From: Candidatus Cloacimonadales bacterium
GTDB lineage: Bacteria > Cloacimonadota > Cloacimonadia > Cloacimonadales > JAFGVF01
Direction: 5' to 3'
Assembly: GCA_963662585.1 (NCBI GenBank)
Contig: OY759729.1
Location: forward strand, 2,976,001 to 3,040,000
DNA: 64,000 nt
Positions within the stretch are counted from its first letter, which is position 1. The number at the start of each line of letters is the position of its first letter. The translations under genes and the position numbers were made by a program. Of the stretch, positions 29,357 to 41,028 are shown in pieces. The notes under the pieces are model-generated. The model had not been told where the DNA came from. It ran no database searches and was given only the letters and a program-made list of their open reading frames with translations.

Positions 29357-30703
29357 TTAGAAATAGGAAGCTGCAATTTCTGCTAGTTTAGAGCGTTCGC
29401 CCTTCATTAAGGTAATATGTCCCACAAGATTCTCATGCTTCATCTTCTCGACAGCAAGGGAAAGTCCGTTGGAGACAGAATCTAGATAAGGAATATCAAT
29501 TTGATAAGGGTCACCAGTAAGAACAATCTTAGTATTCTCACCAGCTCTAGTAATGATAGTTTTCATTTCGTGAGGAGTTAGATTTTGGGCTTCATCAATA
29601 ATCATGAATTGGTTAGGTAAAGACCTGCCTCTGATGTAGGTAAGAGGTTCTAGTTCAAGAAAATTAAAATCTAAATAATCGTTAATAGAAGGATGTTTTT
29701 TACCGAATATTTTACCATTATCATTTTGACTATATTCATTATGACCTTGGATTAGAATCTCCATATTATCATAGATAGGTTGCATCCAAGGAGTGAACTT
29801 ATCATCCTTAGAACCAGGGAGATAGCCTAAATCTTTACCCAGAGGGGAGATGGGGCGAGAGACAACAAGTCTTTTATAATTATCATCTTCCACAACTTGA
29901 TTTAAACCTGCAGCAATAGCTATCAGAGTCTTTCCTGTTCCTGCAATACCAGACAGTGATACTAATCTGATTGAACTATCAAGAAGTAGGTCAAGGGCCA
30001 TAGCTTGTTCATCATTACGGGCAACTATACCAAAAATCTCTTGTCCTCTATAATGTTGAAGAGTAAAGAATTTATTTTCTTGATGAGAATATCTTAAGAG
30101 GACCTTATTCTTTGCTTCCTTAAGATTATCCACAAGTTTCAGGAAGTGATTAGGAGGAAATTCTCCTAGCTTATTAGCATAAAATCCCTTTTCTATGACT
30201 CTCTCTATCTGTTTCTTAGTAACCTTAATACTTGTGAAGCCTGTATATATCTCATCAAAATTTACTTTCTCAGGTTCATAGTTTTCAGCTCTAATTCCTA
30301 AACAGTCGGCTTTGATTCTAACATTAGCATCCTTAGAAATTAAAGTAACAGTTCGCTGGGGAAATTCTTTAAGGAAGAAAGCTGCAGTTCCGATGATTCT
30401 ATTATCATTATTATCAAGTAATTGAACACCATCGATATTGAGGTCTGCTGAGAGAATAGTAACTTGGACAGTTCCACCTTTTTCTGTGATAACTCCATCT
30501 TTAAGAGAACCTTTCATTCTTAACTTATCTAAATATCTTCCTATTAAGCGAGCATTACGACTTTTTTCATCAACACCTTTTTTGAATTGGTCAACTTCCT
30601 CAATAACAGTCATAGGAATAACTACTCTATTATCATCGAATTTAAACATAGCCTCTGGGTCGTGGATGAGTACATTAGTATCTAAAACAAATATTTTTTC
30701 CAT
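29357..30703 (-). CDS. PIN-PhoH (PhoH2) family protein
   Basis: N-terminal PIN 'VLDTNVL', Walker A 'GIAGTGKT', 'YIRGRS', 'DEAQN', 'GDPYQID'. Confidence 0.93.
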   Translation of the reverse strand: MEKIFVLDTNVLIHDPEAMFKFDDNRVVIPMTVIEEVDQFKKGVDEKSRNARLIGRYLDKLRMKGSLKDGVITEKGGTVQVTILSADLNIDGVQLLDNNDNRIIGTAAFFLKEFPQRTVTLISKDANVRIKADCLGIRAENYEPEKVNFDEIYTGFTSIKVTKKQIERVIEKGFYANKLGEFPPNHFLKLVDNLKEAKNKVLLRYSHQENKFFTLQHYRGQEIFGIVARNDEQAMALDLLLDSSIRLVSLSGIAGTGKTLIAIAAGLNQVVEDDNYKRLVVSRPISPLGKDLGYLPGSKDDKFTPWMQPIYDNMEILIQGHNEYSQNDNGKIFGKKHPSINDYLDFNFLELEPLTYIRGRSLPNQFMIIDEAQNLTPHEMKTIITRAGENTKIVLTGDPYQIDIPYLDSVSNGLSLAVEKMKHENLVGHITLMKGERSKLAEIAASYF

Positions 30704-30711
30704 TCTACCTC

Positions 30712-32067
30712 TTAAAAGAATGTCTTGAATAAATCATTTATATTATTAATCATTACACAGTGTTCTTTAAGTTTCTTAGAAACTTCTGCTTTATCGGATA
30801 CAACAACCTTGTCGAATCCTAATCTAATAGATTCTTTAATCTTATCATTAATACTCTTAGCTACTCTGATTTCACCATTAAGTCCTACTTCTCCGATAAA
30901 GACGCTAGACTTAGGAATTGGAATATCTGTAAAACCTGAGAAGATAGCAGCAACAACAGCCAAATCCATGGCTGCATCTCTACTCTTAAAGCCTCCAATG
31001 ATATTGATAAAGACATCATTAGAAGATACTGGAACACCAGTATTCTTCTCTATAACTGCTAATATCATAGCTAACTTCTTTTGTTCATAACCAACTGATA
31101 CTCTTTGAGCATTGCCAAAATTTGTCTTATTTAATAAGGCTTGAATTTCGATGAAGAAATTTCTAGAACCTTCACTTACACATGAAATTACATCCCCAGA
31201 ATGATTGTCATTTCTACTTAAAAATATGATAGAAGGATTAATAACTTCAGCTAAGCCACTAGTATTCATTTCAAAAATACCAATCTCATTTGTTGAACCA
31301 AATCTATTTTTGGTTGTTCGTAAAACCTTAAAGAATCCCTCTTTCTCACTTTCAAAATAGAGAACAGTATCAACCATGTGCTCAATAGTTTTAGGCCCAG
31401 CTACCAAGCCATCTTTAGTAACATGTCCAATTATTATAGTTGGGATATTTTCTCTTTTAGCAATCTTAGTCAGATAACTACTACACTCTCTTAATTGAGT
31501 TACACTACCAAGGTAATTATCTATCTCAGAAGAATATACTGATTGGATAGAATCTATAATAAGTAAGTCAGGATTATATTCTGAAATAGCAGAATCTATC
31601 TGTTCAATATTATTATTACAGAGGAGGAAGATATCATTAGAATCTATCTTTAATCTAATACTTCTAAGTTTGATTTGCTCTTTACTCTCTTCACCTGAGA
31701 CATAGAGAATCTTTTTGTTTTGATGAGCAACCTTAGCTGCAACCTGTAGCATTAAAGTAGATTTACCAGTGCCAGGTTCTCCCCCTAGAAGTATGACCAT
31801 TCCCGAAACAAAACCTCCTCCGAGAACACAATCAAATTCACTAAAACCACTTTTAAGCCTATCTTCTGAACTTACCTTTATATCTTGTAAATTAGTTACG
31901 CTAGGAGTACTTAACAAAGTTTTACTGCTAATATTCTTAGTCTTTTTACTCTTACCAATAATCCTGCTCACCTCTTTGAAGGAATTCCATTCTCCACACG
32001 CAGGGCATTTTCCTGCCCAAGCTGCAGATTCATAGCCACAATTGCTACAAACAAAACCACTACTCAT
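30712..32067 (-). CDS. radA: DNA repair protein RadA/Sms
   Basis: C4 zinc finger, 'GGEPGTGKST', 'KNRFG'. Confidence 0.97.
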   Translation of the reverse strand: MSSGFVCSNCGYESAAWAGKCPACGEWNSFKEVSRIIGKSKKTKNISSKTLLSTPSVTNLQDIKVSSEDRLKSGFSEFDCVLGGGFVSGMVILLGGEPGTGKSTLMLQVAAKVAHQNKKILYVSGEESKEQIKLRSIRLKIDSNDIFLLCNNNIEQIDSAISEYNPDLLIIDSIQSVYSSEIDNYLGSVTQLRECSSYLTKIAKRENIPTIIIGHVTKDGLVAGPKTIEHMVDTVLYFESEKEGFFKVLRTTKNRFGSTNEIGIFEMNTSGLAEVINPSIIFLSRNDNHSGDVISCVSEGSRNFFIEIQALLNKTNFGNAQRVSVGYEQKKLAMILAVIEKNTGVPVSSNDVFINIIGGFKSRDAAMDLAVVAAIFSGFTDIPIPKSSVFIGEVGLNGEIRVAKSINDKIKESIRLGFDKVVVSDKAEVSKKLKEHCVMINNINDLFKTFF

Positions 32068-33151
32068 TTTCTTTCCTTTTCATAATTTCTTTATTGGAGC
32101 TCATAAACAGAGCAATATGTTTTGATTTCTTTGATGATTCTAAGGCTATTTTAACTGTCATGGTTAGAGGAACAGCTAGTAGCATCCCAGCAAAGCCAAA
32201 GACCCAGCCCCAGAATAGCAAGGAGATAAAAACTATAATTGTTGATAGACCTAAAGAGTAGCCCATTAATCTTGGTTCTATAATATTGCCAATGATAATG
32301 TTAGTGGCTAGATACCCCAGAGCTACAAGTCCTGCATGTCCTGGTCCTAATTGAACTAAGGCTATTAAAATGGCAGGTAATGAGGCAATAATGGAACCGA
32401 TAGTTGGGATAAAGTTTAAGAGAAAGGCTATAAGGCCCCATAAAAGAGGAAAATCTATACCAAGAATTGATACCCAGATAGTTATAATGATGCCTGTTCC
32501 TAAGCTGATAAGAGTTTTGAAACCAATATATCTTCTGAGGCTTAATAAAAATTTATTCACAGACTTCTTAGTATCAGGATTTGCTTCTGCCAGTATATTA
32601 AGTTTATATTTAAAACTACCTGTTTCAATAAGCATGAAAATCATGGCGATTAAGATAAGAAAGATGTTTTTAAAGATACTTTGCAGACTTCCCAAGATAA
32701 AAGTTGACCAGCTCATTAAAGTTGCAGGTGAAATGTAACTTGCTACTTTCAAAGTAATATCTCTCATGGTAACACCAGCGATTTCTGCAGTATCTCCTAA
32801 GTCATTTAAATTTTGATCAATAAAGGTCTGATTATACCACTCGGTAAGATTCTTTTCGTAAACTCCTGTCTTTTGAGTAAATTCATTTATTGAATTACCT
32901 ACAACTGTTCCGATTAAGGCAATAATCCCTATGACAAGAACAACTACGACTATCAGGGCTATAGATTTAGGGAATTTCTTTTTGATAAGCCATTCCATGG
33001 GATAGGCTACTACAGATGCTAAGAATAGTGCAAGAATTAATGGAACTAAGATCGATTGGGCTTGCTGGAGTCCATATATCAAAACAACAATTGCTATTAC
33101 ACTTAGAAAACCCTTAATTCTAGATAATTGATAAGTAATCTCTTTTCCCAA
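32060..33151 (-). CDS. AI-2E family transporter
   Basis: Multi-TM; 'LNFIPTIG', 'IEPRLMG', 'GMLLAVPL'. Confidence 0.9.
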   Translation of the reverse strand: MGKEITYQLSRIKGFLSVIAIVVLIYGLQQAQSILVPLILALFLASVVAYPMEWLIKKKFPKSIALIVVVVLVIGIIALIGTVVGNSINEFTQKTGVYEKNLTEWYNQTFIDQNLNDLGDTAEIAGVTMRDITLKVASYISPATLMSWSTFILGSLQSIFKNIFLILIAMIFMLIETGSFKYKLNILAEANPDTKKSVNKFLLSLRRYIGFKTLISLGTGIIITIWVSILGIDFPLLWGLIAFLLNFIPTIGSIIASLPAILIALVQLGPGHAGLVALGYLATNIIIGNIIEPRLMGYSLGLSTIIVFISLLFWGWVFGFAGMLLAVPLTMTVKIALESSKKSKHIALFMSSNKEIMKRKENE

Positions 33152-33270
33152 TTCTCCTCCGAAATAATTTTTTCTAATAATGAAAAAAGCTCATTATTTA
33201 GTCAAGTAAAACATAAAGTACTGGTCAATTACTCTGATACAGGAGAAGAAAAGAATAAATATATTGAGGA

Positions 33271-36200
33271 CTAATCTAATGAAATAGCCTGATTTATAAC
33301 TTTTAATAATTCTAATTTTTTGTATGGTTTGCCTAAATAATAGTCACAACCTTCAGTGAGAATTCTCTCTTTATCACCACCCATAGTATAGCCAGTTACT
33401 GCAATAATTGGTGTAGATGTGTTTTTGCTATTGCATTTTATAGCTTTAGCTGCAGTTAAACCATCAATACCATCACCAAGATGAATATCCATTAATATTG
33501 TATCGTATTTCTTCTTTTCGGCTAAGATAATGGCAACTTCTCCACTAATGGCTAAATCGGTTGTGAATTCTTTCTTGAGAATAGAAATAGCTAATTTTTG
33601 ATTTATTACATTATCTTCCACGATGAGCACTTTGGGTTTATATGTTTGTGGCTTAATGGATAACTGCTCTTCAACTTCTAGGAAATCCTTGTAAATGGAG
33701 TCACTAATACTAACTCTAGGTAGAGCAATAGTAAAAGTTGAACCTTCTAATAGAGTACTTTTAACACTAATTTCTCCTTGCATTAAATCTATAATTCTCT
33801 TAGAAATGGTAAGTCCTAAACCTACACCTTCAAAGGCTCTATTGTAGCCTTCGCTTGCTTGTCTAAATTCAGAGAAGATAACTTCAAGAGATTCTTGAGG
33901 AATACCTATTCCACTGTCAATAACATCAATTAATATTTCCTTATCTTTAGCGGAACAGATTAATTTTACTTGGCCTTCGTGAGTAAACTTAAGAGCATTA
34001 TTGAGGAGATGAATAAGTGCTTGGGATAGTAATTTCTCATCTAGTTCTGCATATAGATTAGCTTCTATATCTACTATGAAGTTCAATTTCTTATCTTTAA
34101 ATTGTTGAGCATAAAGAGAAGTTATATCACTCAGAACAGTACTTATATTTGTTAATTTAGAGTTAATTTTTTTCTTCTTATTAATATCCTCTAACTCATT
34201 TAACAGCATAATTGAATCTAAAACATGATTAAGTCTGATCGCAGAAGAGTAAATCATCGAAGCCATATTTCCAGTTTCAAATTGATCACTAGTTTTTTGT
34301 AACAACTCTGAAAATCCTACAATACCATTTAGAGGTGTTCTGAATTCATGGCTGATGTTTTTGAGTAAATTAGATTTGAGTAAATTAGAAATTTTAGCCT
34401 TCTTCTGTTCTTCTCTTAAGTCATTTTCTAACTTAGCTTTATTCTCTAAATTAACAAGCAATTCGGCAAATACAGCTAGTAATGTCTGTTCAGATTCACT
34501 ATAAGGATATGGTTTTTTTACTGAATCAAAGCCAACAAAACCAATACATTCGTTATTATTCATTAAGGGAATTGTTATCAGACTTTTAATACCTTGTTCT
34601 AAAAGAATATTTTGAACTATAGGATATTCATTTAACTTGGAAACATCCTTTATAAAAATTGTTTTGCCTTGTTTATGGGTCTCTGGCCAGTATTCCATTG
34701 TTGATAAAGCTACTTCTTGTAAATTATCAATTTCAGGAGTGATTCCCTCTGCCACCCATTCATAAGTGTTTACACTTATCTGCTTATTCCAGTCATAATC
34801 AAATATATATGCACGATCTGCTTTCACAAAAGTAGCCAGACTTGCTAATGAATCATTTATTGAATTATTAATCTCATTAGTAGGTATATTTATATATTTA
34901 ACTGCCATGGAGGTTAAAATAGAATGAAGCTTTAGCTGGCGATCTAATTTCTTTTCTACCACTATCTGCTTGGTAATATTGCTGATATTGGCAATAATTG
35001 CGACTGGATCACCATTCATATTGCGTAAAAACTTAGAATGTATCGAAGTAAAGAGCATTTTCTTTTTTTTATTATATAAGACTAATTCATTTTTATTGGT
35101 TCTACTTTTATCTGTTGATGTCTTATCTTGCTCTAATTCTAAAGCGATTGCTTCTCTAATTTCTTTAACAGCGATGATTGGGTACCTTTCCTCCATACTC
35201 AGTTTTATATATTCTTCAGGAGTATATCCAGTTAATTTCTCTATTGAAGGACTAATATATTTGATATTAAAATCAAAATCAGCAGTAAAAACAACATCAG
35301 TCATATTGTTAGTTATCTGTTGTAAGTTATCCTCTCTTTCTTCAATATGTTGATTTAAATTTAAAAGTTTCAATCTTGAATGGGCTAAACTTGTAATAAT
35401 CTTTATTAAATCACTATAGTAAGAGGAAATAAGTTCAATTTTATCTCTGTCTAAGCGAGGAGCCTTGTCTAAGGCTGAAAGATATTTCTCTTCATCTATT
35501 CCAAACTCTTTAGCCTGTTTACGGAAAACTTCTCTTTCAATAACTTCATCTTCATAGAAAAATTGTCCGATAAAAAGATTAGCTAAATGCATTTCTGCGA
35601 CAAATATCGGGGTTACGGCATCATGCATGTTGTTGAGACACTTATAATGCCTTACTTCATTTTTTTTTATCCCTTTGGTTAGTGTGAGATCACTTTCAAT
35701 ACATCTTTCCCAAGCTAATTTATTTTTTCTATGATAAATTCCACAAATTTCTGTCATTCCGATTGAGGAGAGGATATTACCTTGTAAATCAACAATCCCA
35801 ATAGGAATTTTATTGAAGTCATAGAACTTCTCCATAAGTTTGTGTAATTCTTCTAAATCGATAAAATCTTCCAACTTAAGCTGTTGATCTTCACCTTTTC
35901 TAGTAATTAAGGAATCTGTTTTGTTAGTAATCATCTCTTTGTGGGATAAATCCTTAATATGCACAATAATGCCATTAATACCGACAACATGTAGGCGATT
36001 GCTTGCTTTGGCTTCTATTTTAATGTAATTAGTATTAGCGGTTTGTATTCTACATCTCAAGCTTAATGTTTTAATAGTGTTATTTTTGAGCTGTTGAAAT
36101 TTTTCAACAACCAAGGGCAGATCCTTGGGATGAATTACCTCAAAAGGGTGAAGGCAAAGTCTTTTATCTGGGGCATAGCCTAAAATAGCCTTAGTCGCTG

Positions 36201-36675
36201 GGCTTGAAAACAATGGTGTAAAGTTTTCATCTATAACTGTAATTGCATCCGAGGAATTTTCTAATAAATGATAGTATTTTTCTAGATCTGAGTTCTCATT
36301 TTGGTCTATAATATTTATCTTTTCTTGAAAAGTTAAATGAAGTCTTGCTCTATTGTCACTTTGTGGTATTAATTTAAGGTCAATATATTTAGCATAAGTA
36401 GGTAGAAATAATCTTTCTTTAATTATTTCTCCCTGCTGAGTAATAAGATAATACTTCTTAATATTATCGGAAGTTAGAAGTTCTGCTAAAACTTCTTCTT
36501 GCTCGGATTTTGCTTCTTGTGAAAAAGTCTTTGAATCAGCATCTCCCAAAGTTATAGTATTAGCGTCTGATACAATTTTGTAATCTATAAAATTGTTTTC
36601 TAAGTTTAAAAAAATTATTTCGAAATCAATATCGCTCATCTGAAAAACTTCTTGCTTGTTACCACTATTTATCAT
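33271..36675 (-). CDS. Hybrid sensor histidine kinase (PAS-PocR-PAS-GAF-HisKA-HATPase-REC)
   Basis: PocR-like Cys motifs, 'SHEFRTPLNG', G-boxes, receiver 'LMDIHL'; real start may be MSDIDF further downstream. Confidence 0.88.
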   Translation of the reverse strand: MINSGNKQEVFQMSDIDFEIIFLNLENNFIDYKIVSDANTITLGDADSKTFSQEAKSEQEEVLAELLTSDNIKKYYLITQQGEIIKERLFLPTYAKYIDLKLIPQSDNRARLHLTFQEKINIIDQNENSDLEKYYHLLENSSDAITVIDENFTPLFSSPATKAILGYAPDKRLCLHPFEVIHPKDLPLVVEKFQQLKNNTIKTLSLRCRIQTANTNYIKIEAKASNRLHVVGINGIIVHIKDLSHKEMITNKTDSLITRKGEDQQLKLEDFIDLEELHKLMEKFYDFNKIPIGIVDLQGNILSSIGMTEICGIYHRKNKLAWERCIESDLTLTKGIKKNEVRHYKCLNNMHDAVTPIFVAEMHLANLFIGQFFYEDEVIEREVFRKQAKEFGIDEEKYLSALDKAPRLDRDKIELISSYYSDLIKIITSLAHSRLKLLNLNQHIEEREDNLQQITNNMTDVVFTADFDFNIKYISPSIEKLTGYTPEEYIKLSMEERYPIIAVKEIREAIALELEQDKTSTDKSRTNKNELVLYNKKKKMLFTSIHSKFLRNMNGDPVAIIANISNITKQIVVEKKLDRQLKLHSILTSMAVKYINIPTNEINNSINDSLASLATFVKADRAYIFDYDWNKQISVNTYEWVAEGITPEIDNLQEVALSTMEYWPETHKQGKTIFIKDVSKLNEYPIVQNILLEQGIKSLITIPLMNNNECIGFVGFDSVKKPYPYSESEQTLLAVFAELLVNLENKAKLENDLREEQKKAKISNLLKSNLLKNISHEFRTPLNGIVGFSELLQKTSDQFETGNMASMIYSSAIRLNHVLDSIMLLNELEDINKKKKINSKLTNISTVLSDITSLYAQQFKDKKLNFIVDIEANLYAELDEKLLSQALIHLLNNALKFTHEGQVKLICSAKDKEILIDVIDSGIGIPQESLEVIFSEFRQASEGYNRAFEGVGLGLTISKRIIDLMQGEISVKSTLLEGSTFTIALPRVSISDSIYKDFLEVEEQLSIKPQTYKPKVLIVEDNVINQKLAISILKKEFTTDLAISGEVAIILAEKKKYDTILMDIHLGDGIDGLTAAKAIKCNSKNTSTPIIAVTGYTMGGDKERILTEGCDYYLGKPYKKLELLKVINQAISLD

Positions 36676-37054
36676 AATTATTGAAACCTTTTATTATAGA
36701 TTATATCATTATTACTATGATAATGATTTAGTCAAATACTATCAAACATGCTCAAATCTAATATTTTATTGTAATAGTGTCAATATAAAAAAGAAAAAAA
36801 TAATTTTGCCTAAGTCTGGTGTTTGCCCAAACAAATAATATGTTAAACTTCAAGAATATACTTTATAAAAATCAGTTAATCTTATAATATATTATGGCTT
36901 TTTCATCTTACTGGGAAGGCTTGCATCCTTGCAGGCATTTGCAAAATTCAGGCAATTATTATAAGATATGTCTCTTTCAGTGATTATTTTTCTTGTCCTT
37001 GATTGAGTTATAAGAAAGATTCTCTATATTACATCTCTAGAATCTCGATTAGTG

Positions 37055-40000
37055 TTATTGTAGTGCTTTCTCAATAATTTCTAAGAGCTGAGTTTTATTA
37101 TATGGTTTGCCTAGGTAATCACTACATCCTTGCTTGAGAATTTGTTCTTTATCTCCTAGCATAGTATAGCCTGTTACAGCGATAATAGGGGTTTGTTTAT
37201 AGCGAAGGTCATCTCTAATAATCTTTGTAACTTCTAGTCCATCTAAACCCTCACCTAGATGAATATCCATTAAAATAGCATCATATTGCTTTTGAGTAAT
37301 CATAGAAATTGCACTTTCTCCGTCAAAAGCAGAATCTGTTTGGTAATATTTTCCTAGGATTGAAGTAGCTAATTTTTGGTTTACTTTATTGTCTTCTACG
37401 ATTAGAATATTTGCTTTATCTTCATTTGTGTGATTTGATTTTTCTGCTGAAGTTCTCTTTGTAGATTTTTTATCTGATTCTAATGCTTCGGTGTTTTTTT
37501 GATTATCTGTTATAAAAGGTAGAAATATAGTAATTTTAGTTCCCTTTTCAAGTTCACTTTCTAAGGAAATCTCACCTTGCATTAGTTCGATAGCTCTTTT
37601 GGCAATAGGTAGGCCTAATCCACAACCTTCATAAGCCCGATTATAGCCTTCACTTACCTGTCTAAAGTCACTAAAGATAATTGCTTGAGATTCTTTTGGG
37701 ATTCCAATTCCTGTATCTTCAATAATAATTTCAATGTGACTAGTTGGACTAGTCTGAGTACAGGATATTTTTACTGAACCTGTTCTAGTGTATTTAATAG
37801 AATTATTGATAATATGAATTAGTGCTTGTTTGAAAAGATTATCATTTATTCTTACAGTAATATCTGGCTGAAGTTCAGTAATTAAGTCTAGACCTTTTTG
37901 GGTAATCTGACTTTGATATTGATTAGTTAATGACAGTAAGAAACTACTTAGGTTTATCGGTTCAAGGTTTATTAGTTTAGTTTCTGTAAGGGATTCTAAT
38001 TGAGAAAGAAGCATTATTGAATCTAAGACATAATTCAGTCTAATCCCTGAAGTGAGTATCATACTGGCCATTTTTTGATATTCAGTATCAATTGGTTTGT
38101 TTTGAAGAAGTTCGGATAAGCCAATAATTCCATTTAAAGGAGTTCTGAATTCATGGCTAATATTCTTCAGCAAATTGGACTTTAATTTGTCAGATTCTGT
38201 AGCTCGCTCTTTCTCTAGAATAAGCTCTTTACTTAGATCAATTCTATTGGTAATATTAACTAAGAGATGGGCAAAAATCTTGAGTACAGTAATCTCATTA
38301 TTGGTATAGTGCTTATGATTTTCAACTGAATCAAAACCTACAAATCCGATACAAAGATTATTATTCATCAAAGGAACAGAAATTAAACTTTTGATTTTTT
38401 GCTGGGATAAGAATTCTTTCCTATCATCATCGTCAGCAAGTTGTGTAACATCATCAATAATTATTGTTTTTCCTACTTTGTGATCATCATTCCATTCTTG
38501 CATTGCTGCAATAGGGACATCTTGTAAGTTATCAATTTCAGGTTTAATTCCTTCTTTACACCATTCATAAGTATTAGTAACAGTTCCTTTCTCCCAATCA
38601 TACTTAAAAATATATGCTCGGTCAGCTTTAGCAAAAAGGGCAAACTCTTTTAAGGAATCAGAAATGGACTCTTTTATTTTATCAAGAGGTATGTTAATAT
38701 AATGCATGGCTATTGAGCTTAGTAGTGATTGAAGTTTAAATTGAGTGTTTAATTTTTCTTCAGCTTTCTTCTTCTCAGAAATATCCCTGGCTGAACCAAT
38801 TATACCTATGGGTTCTTTATTCTCATCTCTTAATAGTTTCGCATGAAGAGATAGGTCTATTAAATCCCCATTATTATTATATTCCTGAATCTCAATTAGT
38901 ACATTCTGATTTTCATCATTAGGGGATTCAAGAGCTTTACTTAAAGCATTTTTCATAGCTTCTATTGAAGAAGCAGGGAATTTTTCTTCCAGTGTCTGTT
39001 CTTTATATTCTTCTGGAGTTAAACCAAATAGTTTCTTTACTGAAGGACTGATGTAAGTAACATTTAAATCTAAGTCATAAATAAAAAATGCATCTGTCAT
39101 GTTGTCTGTAATTTGTACAAGTTTCTCTTCTCTTAGCCTAAGCTGGTTTGCAGTTCTAGCTTGTTTAATCTGAGCATAAGAGAGAGCGGTAATTTTGCTA
39201 AGGAAGTCTCTATAATAGCTAGAGATTTTAACTAAATGCTCTTTATCTAACTTAGGCAATTCATAATAAGCCTTAATATAAGCTTCTTTATCAAAACCGT
39301 AAGTATTTGCTAGTTGCCTTAATGACTCTTCGTAGTTGTTAGTATCATTAGATAATCTAAATTGGCATATATTAAGTGAAGCAATCTGTTCTCCTCCCAC
39401 ATATATTGGGCAAACCAAGTTCCAGATATTATTCAAGCATTTATGTAATTTACTCTCTCCAATCTTGAGATTTTTAGTGTTGTGTATATTACTTTCAAAA
39501 CACTTACTTAGTGACTTACTTTTTGCTAAATGGAAATCATTGCACAATCTAGACATTCCAATTGAAAAGAGAATATCTCCATTTTTATCTATTAAGGTTA
39601 CCGGAATATTGGTAAAATCATTAATAGTCTGGAACATATCTTTTAACTCTTCAATATTAATCAAATCCGATAGTTCAAGGTCTGATAACTTACCTTCAGG
39701 AGCAATTATAGCATCTAATTTCTTCTGAATCAACTTTTGGCTTTTTGTTAGCTTCTCTTCAGCTTCTTTCAAAGCTGTAACATCATTCACAATTGCTAGA
39801 GCTTTTTCATCATTTATAATAGAAAGAGTGCATTCAAAATAACCCATCTTCTGTGATTGGTTCTTGAATTGATAAGAAATTGGCTCGACTTCTTTATTAA
39901 GTTTTAACATCTTTAGCCCTGAAACTACTCTTTTAGAAAGGTATTCAGGAAGCAAGGAGGATATTTTTTTACCTAAAAAATCCTTAGGTTGTATAGCTAG

Positions 40001-40870
40001 CTTGGAAGTATTAAAGGATTTAAAATCTAAAAATGTTCCTTGATAATCCATTACAAAAATCATATTAGGAATAGCTTTAAAAAGTGACTCTAAGTAAAGC
40101 TTATTTTCAATTAACTTTTTTTCATTAGTTTTTTGGTGGCTAACATCTAGAGCATTTATTACTATACCATTTATTCCTTCTTCATCCAGCATATTTTTGG
40201 CAACAAAGTGCATATAAAGGTAACCGTGATTTCTTTTCAGAATTCTTATGTCTGCACTTGTCTCATTATTAGGGCCCTTCATTATATTGTTAATGATTTC
40301 TAAGGCTAGTCCTCTGTCTTCAGGATGAACATAATTTATTGTCTCATCAAGTTGAGTATTATCCTTTTCGATAGCAAATATTCTTTTTGCTTCTTGATTA
40401 TAATGTTTTATTTTTAAGTCTTTATCGAGAATGAACATCAAATCAAAAGTACTATCTAAGATTTTAGCAAAATTAGTAGAAATTCCAACTTGCTTTAATC
40501 CTTTATTTTTTTTGGGAACTGATACCAAGGTGAGACTTAAGAGATCTTTAGAAACTGGTTTGAATTTCATTATAAAACTTCTTTTAAAGGTGTCACAATA
40601 CTGCTCAAATTCCATAAAACTATTATTTATCAGTACATTATAATAGGATTTTAATCGCTTTTGAGAAAAAAGTTCAGCTTCCAATTCTGCACAGAAAATA
40701 AAATCCTGGTTTTCAGAATAAGTATCTTTTGATAATAAGTTTTTAAAATGAAAATTTGCAAATTCTATTTGATAGGAATAACTTTGTTTAATCTTATCTT
40801 TAGCTATTCTAATTTCAGCATAACCTATTGGAAGCGAGTTAATATCAATATTTGGAACATCTCTCATCAT
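37055..40870 (-). CDS. Hybrid sensor histidine kinase paralog (PAS-PAS-PocR-PAS-GAF-HisKA-HATPase-REC)
   Basis: Same architecture, with shared blocks 'SNLLKNISHEFRTPLNGI', 'SEGYNRA', 'PIIAVTGYTM'. Confidence 0.88.
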   Translation of the reverse strand: MMRDVPNIDINSLPIGYAEIRIAKDKIKQSYSYQIEFANFHFKNLLSKDTYSENQDFIFCAELEAELFSQKRLKSYYNVLINNSFMEFEQYCDTFKRSFIMKFKPVSKDLLSLTLVSVPKKNKGLKQVGISTNFAKILDSTFDLMFILDKDLKIKHYNQEAKRIFAIEKDNTQLDETINYVHPEDRGLALEIINNIMKGPNNETSADIRILKRNHGYLYMHFVAKNMLDEEGINGIVINALDVSHQKTNEKKLIENKLYLESLFKAIPNMIFVMDYQGTFLDFKSFNTSKLAIQPKDFLGKKISSLLPEYLSKRVVSGLKMLKLNKEVEPISYQFKNQSQKMGYFECTLSIINDEKALAIVNDVTALKEAEEKLTKSQKLIQKKLDAIIAPEGKLSDLELSDLINIEELKDMFQTINDFTNIPVTLIDKNGDILFSIGMSRLCNDFHLAKSKSLSKCFESNIHNTKNLKIGESKLHKCLNNIWNLVCPIYVGGEQIASLNICQFRLSNDTNNYEESLRQLANTYGFDKEAYIKAYYELPKLDKEHLVKISSYYRDFLSKITALSYAQIKQARTANQLRLREEKLVQITDNMTDAFFIYDLDLNVTYISPSVKKLFGLTPEEYKEQTLEEKFPASSIEAMKNALSKALESPNDENQNVLIEIQEYNNNGDLIDLSLHAKLLRDENKEPIGIIGSARDISEKKKAEEKLNTQFKLQSLLSSIAMHYINIPLDKIKESISDSLKEFALFAKADRAYIFKYDWEKGTVTNTYEWCKEGIKPEIDNLQDVPIAAMQEWNDDHKVGKTIIIDDVTQLADDDDRKEFLSQQKIKSLISVPLMNNNLCIGFVGFDSVENHKHYTNNEITVLKIFAHLLVNITNRIDLSKELILEKERATESDKLKSNLLKNISHEFRTPLNGIIGLSELLQNKPIDTEYQKMASMILTSGIRLNYVLDSIMLLSQLESLTETKLINLEPINLSSFLLSLTNQYQSQITQKGLDLITELQPDITVRINDNLFKQALIHIINNSIKYTRTGSVKISCTQTSPTSHIEIIIEDTGIGIPKESQAIIFSDFRQVSEGYNRAYEGCGLGLPIAKRAIELMQGEISLESELEKGTKITIFLPFITDNQKNTEALESDKKSTKRTSAEKSNHTNEDKANILIVEDNKVNQKLATSILGKYYQTDSAFDGESAISMITQKQYDAILMDIHLGEGLDGLEVTKIIRDDLRYKQTPIIAVTGYTMLGDKEQILKQGCSDYLGKPYNKTQLLEIIEKALQ

Positions 40871-41028
40871 TTTTCCTTAAGCTTAGTCTTCTATTATCGG
40901 CTCGATTTATAATAATATTTTCAATTTCTAACAAATTATGCTTTCTTAAAGAATATTGTCAAACTTTTTTTAGATTATCTTTCTAAATTAGCTTAAGGCT
41001 TATCTTATTGCCTATATATTCTCCTTCT

